Part shown: positions 37,888 through 46,922 of the stretch, one piece after another
How positions within the stretch are numbered: position 1 is the first letter of the stretch
Layout of the letters: every line of letters begins with the position of its first letter
The notes under the pieces: generated by a model
The model's input: only the letters and a program-made list of their open reading frames with translations
Told to the model about the DNA's origin: nothing
Databases searched by the model: none
From: Bacteroidales bacterium
GTDB lineage: Bacteria; Bacteroidota; Bacteroidia; Bacteroidales; UBA12077
NCBI GenBank assembly: GCA_035269575.1
Contig: DATFIZ010000068.1
Span: 5,064 to 69,063, forward strand
DNA: 64,000 nucleotides
Direction: 5' to 3'
Translations under genes and position numbers: made by a program

Positions 37888-39210
37888 TTGGAAACTACAG
37901 AACCATTCCTGATGGTGTTAATTATTAACACTAAAATAATTTTACAATCGATAGATTTAAATACGGGGATAAACATTTTACTGGCAGTACTGTTAATTAT
38001 ACTTTCAGCCCTGATGTCCGGGGCTGAAACTGCTTTCTTTACTTTACGGACAACCCAGATAAAAGAAATTAACAAAAGCAAAGACCTTCGTAGTCGGCTA
38101 ATAATAAAGCATCTAAAAAATCCTAAAAAATTATTAGCTACAATTACCATAGCAAATGGATTTATGAATGTTTGCTTTGTTATTTTAATGGGCATTATTC
38201 TTAACGCTATTTTTATTTTTAAAGAATTCCCTGCTCTTGGTTTTGTTATTCAAATTGCCATTATTGCATTTATATTATTATTGTTTGGAGAAACATTCCC
38301 AAAATATTACGCAAAAAAAAGCGCGAAGAAATTTGCCCGGATTGCAGCATTGCCAATTACTATACTCGATAAACTTTTTCATCCGGTAAGTATGTTTATG
38401 ATTAATACCACATCGGCTATTGCAAAAAAACTGGCAAAAATTAAACAAAACATTACTATCGACGACTTATCCCAGGCATTAAATCTTACCACTCATCAAA
38501 TAACCGAAGATGAAAATATTTTAAAAGGCATAGTTAAATTCGGGAATATTGATGCCAAAGAGATAATGAAATCAAGAGTTGATGTGGTTGCTATTGAACT
38601 TGATACCAATTTTAAAGAATTATTATCCATTATTATCGATTCAGGTCATTCCAGAATTCCTGTTTACGAAGATACTTTCGATAATGTGAAAGGTGTTTTA
38701 TATATAAAAGATTTATTGCCACATATTAGTGAAACGGAAAATTTTAATTGGCAATCACTCATCAGGCCTCCCTATTTTGTCCCTGAAAACAAAAAAATTA
38801 ATGACTTACTCAAAGAATTTCAAACCAACAAAATACATATGGCTATTGTTATTGATGAGTATGGAGGTACCAACGGAATTGTTACCCTCGAAGATATATT
38901 AGAAGAAATTGTTGGCGAAATTACTGATGAATCTGATGAAGACGAAGTTATCTATTCCCAAATCAATGAAAACACTTATCTTTTTGAAGGAAAAACACTA
39001 CTTAATGACTTTTTCAAAATTGTTGATTTCGAAGATGATTTCTTTGATGATGTAAAAGGCGATGCTGACACGATTGCTGGTATTATCCTCGAAATTACAG
39101 GCGAAATCCCTCAAAAAAACAAAGTAATCAAATATAAAAACCTTACTTTTACCATCGAATCTGTTGATAAACGACGTATAAAACAAGTAAAAGTTACTAT
39201 CAACCAATAA
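37888..39210 (+). CDS. gldE: Gliding motility-associated protein GldE (DUF21/CNNM + CBS pair + CorC_HlyC)
   Basis: 440 aa with a TM DUF21 region, a CBS pair, and DEYGGTNGIVTLEDILEEIVG. Synteny is ssb-gldE-gldD as in Flavobacterium. The start is uncertain: TTG 37888 or ATG 37912. Confidence 0.8.
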   Translation: METTEPFLMVLIINTKIILQSIDLNTGINILLAVLLIILSALMSGAETAFFTLRTTQIKEINKSKDLRSRLIIKHLKNPKKLLATITIANGFMNVCFVILMGIILNAIFIFKEFPALGFVIQIAIIAFILLLFGETFPKYYAKKSAKKFARIAALPITILDKLFHPVSMFMINTTSAIAKKLAKIKQNITIDDLSQALNLTTHQITEDENILKGIVKFGNIDAKEIMKSRVDVVAIELDTNFKELLSIIIDSGHSRIPVYEDTFDNVKGVLYIKDLLPHISETENFNWQSLIRPPYFVPENKKINDLLKEFQTNKIHMAIVIDEYGGTNGIVTLEDILEEIVGEITDESDEDEVIYSQINENTYLFEGKTLLNDFFKIVDFEDDFFDDVKGDADTIAGIILEITGEIPQKNKVIKYKNLTFTIESVDKRRIKQVKVTINQ

Positions 39211-39219
39211 AATCCAACC

Positions 39220-39807
39220 ATGCATAAAAAATATTTTTTATTCATCATTGGAATATTGTTTTTTGTTGTTTCAATCATATCAAGTGGTTGCAATAGAAAT
39301 TATACACCTAAACCAAGAGGATACATCCGGATTGATTTACCCGAAAAGAATTATATTCAACATAAAACAGATTGTCCATACACTTTTTTGTATCCCAGCT
39401 ATACAACGATTGAAAAAGACTCGAGCCGATTAAGTGAAAGTTGCTGGATAAATATTAACTATATAAACCTGGGTGGTAAAATCCATATTAGTTATAAAGA
39501 TGTAAATAACAATATTGGCCAAATACTTGAAGATACCCGAAACTTAGCTTATAAACACACGATAAAAGCCGATGCTATAACTGAAAGGGTTTTTGTAAAA
39601 CCCGAACAAAATGTTTACGGAACTGTTTATGAAATAGCCGGTAATGCTGCCTCGTCGATACAATTTTTTATTACCGACAGTACCCAACACTATTTAAGAG
39701 GGGCTCTTTATTTTAATGCCGAACCCAATAAAGATTCTTTGGCTCCTCTAATTAATTTTGTAAGAGAAGATATTATTGTTTTAATTGAATCGTTTGAGTG
39801 GAAATAA
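39220..39807 (+). CDS. gldD: Gliding motility lipoprotein GldD
   Basis: 195 aa with lipobox SSGC, followed by PKPRGYIRIDLPEK and a conserved Cys (TDCPYTF). It lies directly after gldE. Confidence 0.75.
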   Translation: MHKKYFLFIIGILFFVVSIISSGCNRNYTPKPRGYIRIDLPEKNYIQHKTDCPYTFLYPSYTTIEKDSSRLSESCWININYINLGGKIHISYKDVNNNIGQILEDTRNLAYKHTIKADAITERVFVKPEQNVYGTVYEIAGNAASSIQFFITDSTQHYLRGALYFNAEPNKDSLAPLINFVREDIIVLIESFEWK

Positions 39808-39819
39808 GAAACTAATAAA

Positions 39820-40458
39820 ATGGGATTTATAATTAAGGAACATTTTAATGATGATGTTGTATTGGGAATCTGGGAAATAACTGAAGATTACGATACGCTG
39901 AGGTCGTTTCTAAATTTGGATGAAACAGACATTGAAACGGTAGAACAATTTAAAAACCACCAACGAAAACTGGAGTGGCTAAGTGTTCGTACACTTTTAA
40001 AGAGTATGCTCGGGCACGACTCAAAAATAGTATACGGACCTGAAAGAAAACCCTACTTAAAAAACAATTCTTACAACATTAGCATATCCCACTCTAAAAA
40101 CTTAACGGCTATACTTATAAGTAAGAAAAAAAGAGTAGGCCTCGACCTGGAATTTATGTCTGACAAAATTTTACGTATTGCCGATAAATTTTTACGCCCC
40201 GAAGAACTCGAAGCCATTGATAAAGAAAAAGAAGTATATCATCTCTATCTGCATTGGTGTGCCAAAGAAGCATTATATAAAATCTGTGATAAAGTAGATA
40301 TAAATTTTGTAACCAACTTAAATATCGAACCTTTTAAACCAAAAGATAATGGAATAATAACCGGGAACGTAAACAACAGCTATATGAATGAAAAATTTAC
40401 ACTCAGTTATTTTAACCTGAAAAATTATTCTATTGTTTGGTGCTATAAGAAAATTTAA
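39820..40458 (+). CDS. 4'-phosphopantetheinyl transferase superfamily protein (Sfp-like)
   Basis: ISISHS, VGLDLE and WCAKEALYK motifs. Confidence 0.8.
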   Translation: MGFIIKEHFNDDVVLGIWEITEDYDTLRSFLNLDETDIETVEQFKNHQRKLEWLSVRTLLKSMLGHDSKIVYGPERKPYLKNNSYNISISHSKNLTAILISKKKRVGLDLEFMSDKILRIADKFLRPEELEAIDKEKEVYHLYLHWCAKEALYKICDKVDINFVTNLNIEPFKPKDNGIITGNVNNSYMNEKFTLSYFNLKNYSIVWCYKKI

Positions 40459-40464
40459 AAACAA

Positions 40465-41199
40465 ATGATTGCAGAGCTGATCGAAAATAATATAAAAAAC
40501 AATAATAAACTCTTTGCTTTACTTATTGACCCTGATCACCATACCGAAGAATCATTAAAAGAGATTGCAAACAAGGCAAATCAGACATCTGTTGATTTAA
40601 TATTTATTGGTGGAAGTTTACTAAACAACGCTATAGACAATTCTATTCACCTTATCAAAAAGCACACGACCATCCCTGTCATTCTTTTCCCCGGAAGTTT
40701 ATTACAGCTTTCCTCAAAAGCTGACGGGATTTTACTTTTGTCCCTAATATCAGGACGAAATCCTGATTTACTCATCGGAAACCACGTAGTGGCTGCCTCG
40801 TATTTAAAAAACAGCAATTTAGAAATCTTACCTACAGGATATATCCTTGTTAATGGTGGCAAGACAACTTCGGTTGAATATATGAGCAATACAAAACCCC
40901 TCCCCTCTGACAAACCAGATATTGCAGTATCAACTGCAATGGCCGGAGAAATGCTGGGGCTCAAGTTTATCTACCTCGAAGCTGGAAGTGGGGCTGAAAT
41001 TTCATTAACAACCCAAATGATTTCACAGGTGAAGAACAATATCAATATACCCTTAATAGTTGGTGGAGGAATAAAAACACCTGAAGATATCCATCGAATA
41101 ATATCAGCAGGCGCTGATATTATCGTTTCAGGAACAGCTATGGAGCAAGACCCCAATCTGCTTGGTTCTTTAGTCAATGCTGCACACTTAAAAGAATAA
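40465..41199 (+). CDS. Geranylgeranylglyceryl phosphate synthase family protein (PcrB/GGGPS TIM barrel)
   Basis: 244 aa. LIDPD, IFIGGS, PVILFPG, YLEAGSGA and GGGIK are characteristic of GGGPS/PcrB. Confidence 0.85.
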   Translation: MIAELIENNIKNNNKLFALLIDPDHHTEESLKEIANKANQTSVDLIFIGGSLLNNAIDNSIHLIKKHTTIPVILFPGSLLQLSSKADGILLLSLISGRNPDLLIGNHVVAASYLKNSNLEILPTGYILVNGGKTTSVEYMSNTKPLPSDKPDIAVSTAMAGEMLGLKFIYLEAGSGAEISLTTQMISQVKNNINIPLIVGGGIKTPEDIHRIISAGADIIVSGTAMEQDPNLLGSLVNAAHLKE

Positions 41200-41321
41200 C
41201 TTCGTCCCTTTAGCTTTTATCATTTTTTCAATTAATAAACCAAATTCCCTTCTCTCTTTAAACCCTGTTGAAAATTAAACGTCTATTTAATTGAACAATT
41301 TGCCATTTAATATATTCAAAA

Positions 41322-41882
41322 ATGACAGCGTTAAATAAAGTACATCAGCAAATCATCGGGGAAAAATGGAAGTATTTAACCATTGAAGGAATAGCTGACA
41401 GTGAGAAATACGAAATCTCAAACTACGGAAGAATCAAAAGTTTTAAGGTTGACAAAACCCACGGAACAATGATTAACGGATCTTCTTTAAAAGGATATAA
41501 GATATTGAATATCAAGCTACAAAACGGCAAAAGAACCACAAAATATATTCACAAATTAGTGGCTCAGTTGTTTATTCCTAAAGATAACAATATGCAGGAA
41601 TATGTAATCCACCTGGATTTTGATAAAAGCAACAATCATATCGACAATCTGCGGTGGGTAACCAAAGAGACCATGTTTGCTCATCAAAAAATTAACCCCA
41701 ACTATAAGCGGGGTACCATCAACTATTCAAAATTAACAGAAACGGATGTGATTCGTTTAAAAAAGAAACTCAAAAGAGGCAAAAACAAATTATACAAGCT
41801 GGCTAAAGAATTTGGAATAACCCATACCCAACTAAACAGGATACGAAAAGGCGAAAACTGGGGACATGTTAAGGTAGATTAA
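41322..41882 (+). CDS. NUMOD4 + HNH endonuclease + C-terminal HTH (free-standing homing-endonuclease-like protein)
   Basis: YEISNYGRIKS (NUMOD4); GY..L.....GK....IHKLVAQLF...VIHLDFDKSNNHIDNLRWVT....AH (HNH_3-like); C-terminal KLAKEFGITHTQLNRIRKGENW (HTH). Confidence 0.75.
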   Translation: MTALNKVHQQIIGEKWKYLTIEGIADSEKYEISNYGRIKSFKVDKTHGTMINGSSLKGYKILNIKLQNGKRTTKYIHKLVAQLFIPKDNNMQEYVIHLDFDKSNNHIDNLRWVTKETMFAHQKINPNYKRGTINYSKLTETDVIRLKKKLKRGKNKLYKLAKEFGITHTQLNRIRKGENWGHVKVD

Positions 41883-41992
41883 TCATTTATAAAAATAATT
41901 GCACCGCCGGATAATGGGATGGTTTAAATTTCAGTGTCAATTAAAGCACTAATTTTATATTTTTTTGTATCTTGGGTATAAAATTTTGCCCT

Positions 41993-44929
41993 ATGAAGAT
42001 ACCTAAAAGACTAATCCCGTTAATCTCCAAGATATTATTAATTCTTATTTTTTCCATTGAAACCTCCTCTGCTCTTCTTCATGCACAAACTAATCATCAA
42101 GGCATAAGGCAAACAACCATACAAGAAGAGTTGGTTAATACAAATAAACATCCGGAGGATCCGTCGTCTGACCACACAAGTGATATGAGTCCTTTATTTT
42201 TCCTAATTATTGCTTTAATCATAGGAGCCGGAACCCGCCATTTCTTAAAAAAAAGTCCCTTACCCTATACTGTCTCCTTACTGGTTATTGGACTTTTATT
42301 AGGAGCATTTGCCAGGTTAGGTTATTTTGGGGAGTGGAATTTATATCTTTTTCATCTTAACACAAAATTTTTAGGTAAAGCTGTTGGTTGGGCAGGGCAC
42401 ATTGATCCCCATCTTATCCTGTATGTTTTCCTTCCCACCTTAATCTTTGAGGCAGCATTTGCTATGGATGTTCATACTTTCAAAAAATCATTTGCCAATG
42501 CATTTATTCTTGCTGTCCCCGGCATTATTGTTGCTTTATTACTTACGGCATTAATCGTTATGACGATTCAGTTTTTGGGAATTGGAATGTCGGAGTGGAC
42601 CTGGTTAATAGCACTGCTTTTTGGCACAGTAATAAGTGCCACAGACCCTGTTGCCGTTGTAGCCCTTTTGAAAGAACTTGGCGCAAGCAAAAAGCTGGGA
42701 ACACTGATTGAAGGTGAATCATTACTAAATGATGGTACAGCCATTGTTATCTTTATGGTACTCCTTCTTAGCATTACCGGAACAGGCTCGGATACTTCTC
42801 CTATAGTAGAATTTTTGCGTGTTGCTATTGGAGGAACCCTGGTAGGTTTAGTGATTGGTTATATAATCATTGCCTGGGTAAAAAAAGTGTTTAATGACGC
42901 CCTGGTAGAGATTACGGTTATTGTCGCCGGTGCCTATATAACTTTTTATATTGCCGAGCATTTTTTCCATGTTTCGGGTGTTTTAGGACTCGTAGCTCTT
43001 GGGCTGTTAATGGCCAGCACCGGAAGAACTCGTATAAGCCCTGAAGTAGAGCACTTCTTACACGAATTCTGGGAAATGTTTGCTTTTATTGCCAATACTT
43101 TAATTTTCCTTATTGTAGGTGTAGTTATTGCCAATAATATTGTTTTTACGGCTAATGATTTTATTATTCTGATTATATTATACATAGGGATTCATTTAGT
43201 AAGAGCTGTCGTTATTGCACTATTTTTTCCTGTAATGAAGATTGCAGGTTATGGATTAACCCCCAAAAATGCTTATGTTTTATGGTGGGGAGCCTTACGT
43301 GGCGCCATCGCTTTAGCACTTGCGCTCATTGTTGCAAGTGAGTCAAAAATAGACAGTACTATCAGAGATCAGTTCTTATTTTATACTGCAGGTATTGTTA
43401 CCCTGACTCTTTTAATCAATGCTACAACCATAAAACTATTTCTCAACATCCTAGGATTATCTAAAATACCCCCTGCCAAACAAAAAATGATATTAAATGC
43501 ACGAAACTATCTAAGGCAGGCATCCGAAAAATCAGTTGACAAACTTAAAACCGACCGTTTTTTAAGTCGTGCTAACTGGAATAATGTTGAAGAATATTTG
43601 CCGGAGCAACCGCTGGAAACAGATATTATTTTAGATGAAGGAGAAAATGCCAATTTATACGAGACCAGACGCAGGGTACTTGAAAAAGAAAAAAGCAGCT
43701 ACTGGACTCAATTTAAAGAAGGCCTTTTAGGACCTGTTGCCGTTCGTAATCTTGCCGATGCAATTAATGAGATTATTGATGCAGACGGAAAAATTCCGCT
43801 ATCTGAACGAAAAGATTTGGAACGAATGTGGGTAACCCCGAAATTTCTAAGCAAATTACAATCCATCCCCCTGCTGAATAAAATTTCACAACGATTTTTC
43901 TTTGACCGTTTAGCTACCAGCTATGATGCTGCCCGCGGATTTGTAGAGGCACAATACGAAACCTTAAAGCTGGTTGAAAGCATGGCGATTAGCTCGAATA
44001 CCAAGGAGCTTACGATTGACCAGGATCTAGCAGCCGTTGAGAGTGAAATTAACGAAAATCGTATACATGGATTAACTTTTCTCAGAAACCTGAAAAATAC
44101 CTATCCCGAAATTTATGATGCGATAGCAACCCGTCAAGCTATCCGCTCAAACCTCAATACTGAATTAAAAATAGTTGACCGGTTAATGAAAAAAGGACAA
44201 ATAGGTTCGGACGAAGCTAAAAAAATGATTGACAGTATCGAAAAAAGGATGAAAAAACTTGTAGACAAGCCCCCTGAAATAAAACCACCCGAGAAAGCTA
44301 AATTACTGCAGGGTATTCCCTGGTTGAAGGAGTTGGATAAAAACTTATTCACCAGAATTGTCAGTCTCTTTCAACATCGGAACTATGCTGTTGGAGAAAA
44401 AATTATTAAAGAAAATGGGCATGTTGATGGATTATATATTGTTGCGCGAGGAACCGTTAAGGTTACCATCAATAAACGACTCGTCGATATCTTAGGAAAA
44501 GGCAGTGTTTTTGGTGAAATCGCTGTGCTTACCAATATTCCGAGGACTGCAACAGTAACCGCAGAATCTCCTGTAACTGTATTTCGGTTAACATCGGTTA
44601 GCATGCAACAGGTTATCCATGATAATCACACACTCGAAGATAAATTATGGGAAATTGCAGCACCACGACTGGCAGTTAATATCTTAACCAACCATGATGA
44701 CTACAACAAATTACAACATACAGATATACAGCGATGGCTTGAAAAATCTGAAATAATTGTCGCCAAAAAAGTCCGGAACATTGAGTTAACGGATAAAATT
44801 GGAATCCTGATTACAGGTAAAGCCATAAGAGAAAACAATGAAGAAGTTGAAGCACCGTGTTTAATTGATGATTACACCATTACACTTAGTCGCGAAAGCA
44901 GAGTACTAATTTTTAAAAAACCAAATTAA
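41993..44929 (+). CDS. CPA1 (NhaP-type) Na+/H+ antiporter fused to a long helical linker and a C-terminal cyclic nucleotide-binding domain
   Basis: Exchanger core with ISATDPVAVVALLKELG and ESLLNDGTAIV. The C-terminal CNBD has the phosphate-binding cassette GSVFGEIAVLTNIPRTATVTA. The start was moved to ATG 41993. Confidence 0.85.
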   Translation: MKIPKRLIPLISKILLILIFSIETSSALLHAQTNHQGIRQTTIQEELVNTNKHPEDPSSDHTSDMSPLFFLIIALIIGAGTRHFLKKSPLPYTVSLLVIGLLLGAFARLGYFGEWNLYLFHLNTKFLGKAVGWAGHIDPHLILYVFLPTLIFEAAFAMDVHTFKKSFANAFILAVPGIIVALLLTALIVMTIQFLGIGMSEWTWLIALLFGTVISATDPVAVVALLKELGASKKLGTLIEGESLLNDGTAIVIFMVLLLSITGTGSDTSPIVEFLRVAIGGTLVGLVIGYIIIAWVKKVFNDALVEITVIVAGAYITFYIAEHFFHVSGVLGLVALGLLMASTGRTRISPEVEHFLHEFWEMFAFIANTLIFLIVGVVIANNIVFTANDFIILIILYIGIHLVRAVVIALFFPVMKIAGYGLTPKNAYVLWWGALRGAIALALALIVASESKIDSTIRDQFLFYTAGIVTLTLLINATTIKLFLNILGLSKIPPAKQKMILNARNYLRQASEKSVDKLKTDRFLSRANWNNVEEYLPEQPLETDIILDEGENANLYETRRRVLEKEKSSYWTQFKEGLLGPVAVRNLADAINEIIDADGKIPLSERKDLERMWVTPKFLSKLQSIPLLNKISQRFFFDRLATSYDAARGFVEAQYETLKLVESMAISSNTKELTIDQDLAAVESEINENRIHGLTFLRNLKNTYPEIYDAIATRQAIRSNLNTELKIVDRLMKKGQIGSDEAKKMIDSIEKRMKKLVDKPPEIKPPEKAKLLQGIPWLKELDKNLFTRIVSLFQHRNYAVGEKIIKENGHVDGLYIVARGTVKVTINKRLVDILGKGSVFGEIAVLTNIPRTATVTAESPVTVFRLTSVSMQQVIHDNHTLEDKLWEIAAPRLAVNILTNHDDYNKLQHTDIQRWLEKSEIIVAKKVRNIELTDKIGILITGKAIRENNEEVEAPCLIDDYTITLSRESRVLIFKKPN

Positions 44930-45243
44930 CGGGAAATAATCTTTAAGCCAACAATAGCCACTAATATCATGGCAATAAAAACCAGTCGTAAAACCTCAAC
45001 AGGCTCGTTAAAAATAATAATTCCTAAAATGGAAGTGCCAACTATTCCAATACCAGTCCAAACAGCATAAGCTGTGCCTAAAGGAATAGTTCTGGTAGCC
45101 AGCGATAGAAGGTAAACACTTAAAAACATGGATACTAATGTGAATACAACTGGCCAAAAGCGGGTAAATCCATGGGTATATTTCATTCCTATAGCCCACC
45201 CAATCTCAAAAATTCCTGCTATCAACAAATAAATCCAAGCCAT
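44926..45243 (-). CDS. sugE: SMR family quaternary ammonium / guanidinium efflux protein (SugE-like)
   Basis: 105 aa with 4 TM helices. MAWIYLLIAGIFEIGWA contains the conserved membrane Glu. Confidence 0.88.
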   Translation of the reverse strand: MAWIYLLIAGIFEIGWAIGMKYTHGFTRFWPVVFTLVSMFLSVYLLSLATRTIPLGTAYAVWTGIGIVGTSILGIIIFNEPVEVLRLVFIAMILVAIVGLKIISR

Positions 45244-45254
45244 AATAGAAGGTA

Positions 45255-46904
45255 TTAATCCTCAATAATCTGATAAATTGGACTCCCAACACAAGCATTG
45301 GGCGATGTAATTTGCAAAATCCAGGCTATGGTAGGAGCAATATCTGTAATCTCTATGCTTTTGTCAATTCGGCTGTTTTTCACCTCCCAGCCATACCAAA
45401 TAAGAGGAACATGGGTATCATAATTATATCCGGAACCTGATCCGGTAGCTTTCCCGTCTTTTTCAATCCATCCGGGTTCAAGGTTTACCATTACATCTCC
45501 AGAACGTTTTTGATGGAAGCTGTTTTGCATTTTTTCTTTTATCCCTGCTGTAAATTGATTTGTAACCATACTCATCCCGGGAATGGCATCAGCAACACCG
45601 GAATACTGAACTAAAAAACTTGCTGTCTGCTCCTGAATCTCTTTCAAGCTTGTTCCACTTTGATCAATCATTTGCTGATTCAAGTATATCTGTCCCGACT
45701 GATAAAAATCTACCCAGTCGCCATCACCATATAAAATACTTAAATAACTGTTTAATAAGGACAAGGCCTTTTGAGGATCGAATACACCTGCATTTTGCTT
45801 TTTATATTTTAAATATTCGGGAACATCTGCAACCCCTCGATCAGAAGCTACATAAATCAATACATTTTCTAACCCTATTTGATAATCTAAAAATTCAATA
45901 AAATGTTTAATATCCCTATCCAATCGCAGAAAAATATCTTCGATTTCTACCGAACGGGGCCCAAACAAGTCGCCTGCATAACTCGAAGCTGAGAAGCTTA
46001 CATTTAAAAAATCGGTAAAATTATCTTTTCCCAGATTTTCTCCAATTATCGTTGAAATAGCAAAGTCTTTAGTATACGTATTTCCAAAAGGGGTATACTT
46101 TAAATACTTATAATTCCCGGATCGATTTTTTAAATAAGCTAAGTCGTAAGGAAAAGTATAGCGATACAATCTTATTCCAATCTCAAAAGGATTATCATCC
46201 GGCAGGCTCGATTGATAGTTATCCCCGAGTCTGTGAAGGGTCGACCACGTTTGTTTCATATAAACATCCCGGAAGTCTTTTTCATGAAATTGATAAACCC
46301 AGTCGGGAAGAGAATCTGTATAATGACTCCCTGTACTCCATTGTCCGTCTTCATCGTTAAACCAAAAAGCATAATCGGCTAATCTGCCTCCTGAAATGAC
46401 TGAAGAAACTGGATTTGTAGCAATAGAAATTACTTTTGAGCTATCATTTGTAGCAAGCTTAAGCTCATCACCAATGGTTGAAGCCAATATATTTTTAGGA
46501 GAAAAATTTCCCAGGGTAATTCTTCCATTCATTAAATTATATTTTTTCTCATTGCCGGCACCCACTTTTTTTTCTCCCAGTTTATCATACCACTGGTCGG
46601 ATATTATACCATGGTACGAAGGATAGGTTCCGGTAACGATACTGGCATGACCTGGTGCGTTTTGTGTAATAAAATAATTGTGGTGTACCTGGGTACACAG
46701 TGTGCCTTCATCAACTAATTGTTTAAAACCTCCATCAGCAAAAGCATCCCAATAACGAAGCAACATTTCATAACGCATTTCTTCGATGGTAATACCAACA
46801 ATTAATTGGGGTGGTTTATTAAAATGTTTTTGTGCATAAACCAATGAAAATGAAAAAATAAATATTAAAGAAAATAACCCTTTTTTTGTGGAGTGTACAA
46901 TCAT
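45255..46904 (-). CDS. Alkaline phosphatase superfamily protein, PafA/NPP-like fold with substituted catalytic residues
   Basis: 549 aa with a signal peptide. Collinear with the NPP/PafA motif order, but the motifs read GITIEEMR, FITQNAPGHASIVTG..P..HGI, SASSYAGDLFGP, YVASDRG and GSGSGYNYDTHVPL (see findings). Confidence 0.8.
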   Translation of the reverse strand: MIVHSTKKGLFSLIFIFSFSLVYAQKHFNKPPQLIVGITIEEMRYEMLLRYWDAFADGGFKQLVDEGTLCTQVHHNYFITQNAPGHASIVTGTYPSYHGIISDQWYDKLGEKKVGAGNEKKYNLMNGRITLGNFSPKNILASTIGDELKLATNDSSKVISIATNPVSSVISGGRLADYAFWFNDEDGQWSTGSHYTDSLPDWVYQFHEKDFRDVYMKQTWSTLHRLGDNYQSSLPDDNPFEIGIRLYRYTFPYDLAYLKNRSGNYKYLKYTPFGNTYTKDFAISTIIGENLGKDNFTDFLNVSFSASSYAGDLFGPRSVEIEDIFLRLDRDIKHFIEFLDYQIGLENVLIYVASDRGVADVPEYLKYKKQNAGVFDPQKALSLLNSYLSILYGDGDWVDFYQSGQIYLNQQMIDQSGTSLKEIQEQTASFLVQYSGVADAIPGMSMVTNQFTAGIKEKMQNSFHQKRSGDVMVNLEPGWIEKDGKATGSGSGYNYDTHVPLIWYGWEVKNSRIDKSIEITDIAPTIAWILQITSPNACVGSPIYQIIED

Positions 46905-46922
46905 AAAACATTTATATAAAAA

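Noticed and set aside
37758-38195. 145-aa minus-strand ORF overlapping the ssb 3' end and gldE 5' end. Similar antisense ORFs occur at 47545-48048, 32737-33150, 24693-25076, 23867-24247 and 48301-48645.
   Set aside because: These are shadow ORFs on the opposite strand of well-supported genes in an AT-rich genome. Their composition is low-complexity, they have no recognisable motifs, and each is fully contained in a stronger CDS.
41198-41211. The 14-mer AACTTCGTCCCTTT is repeated at 41198-41211 and 56692-56705, which could mark mobile-element ends.
   Set aside because: A 14-nt exact match is expected by chance several times in 64 kb when both strands are considered. There is no extended similarity around either copy, and one copy lies inside a coding region.
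41200-41992. The HNH gene as a marker of a prophage or genomic island
   Set aside because: There are no flanking phage, integrase or tRNA genes, no direct repeats at the borders, and the neighbours are ordinary chromosomal genes. It is reported only as a lone selfish-like gene.
45244-45254. Guanidine riboswitch upstream of the SugE-like SMR gene
   Set aside because: Only 11 nt separate sugE from the upstream gene, which leaves no room for any riboswitch aptamer.
46566-46573. T8/A8 homopolymer tracts inside coding regions (also at 25523-25530) as possible phase-variation slippage sites
   Set aside because: They encode Lys-Lys in frame. Runs of 8 are common in a genome of about 35% GC, and the genes are intact.
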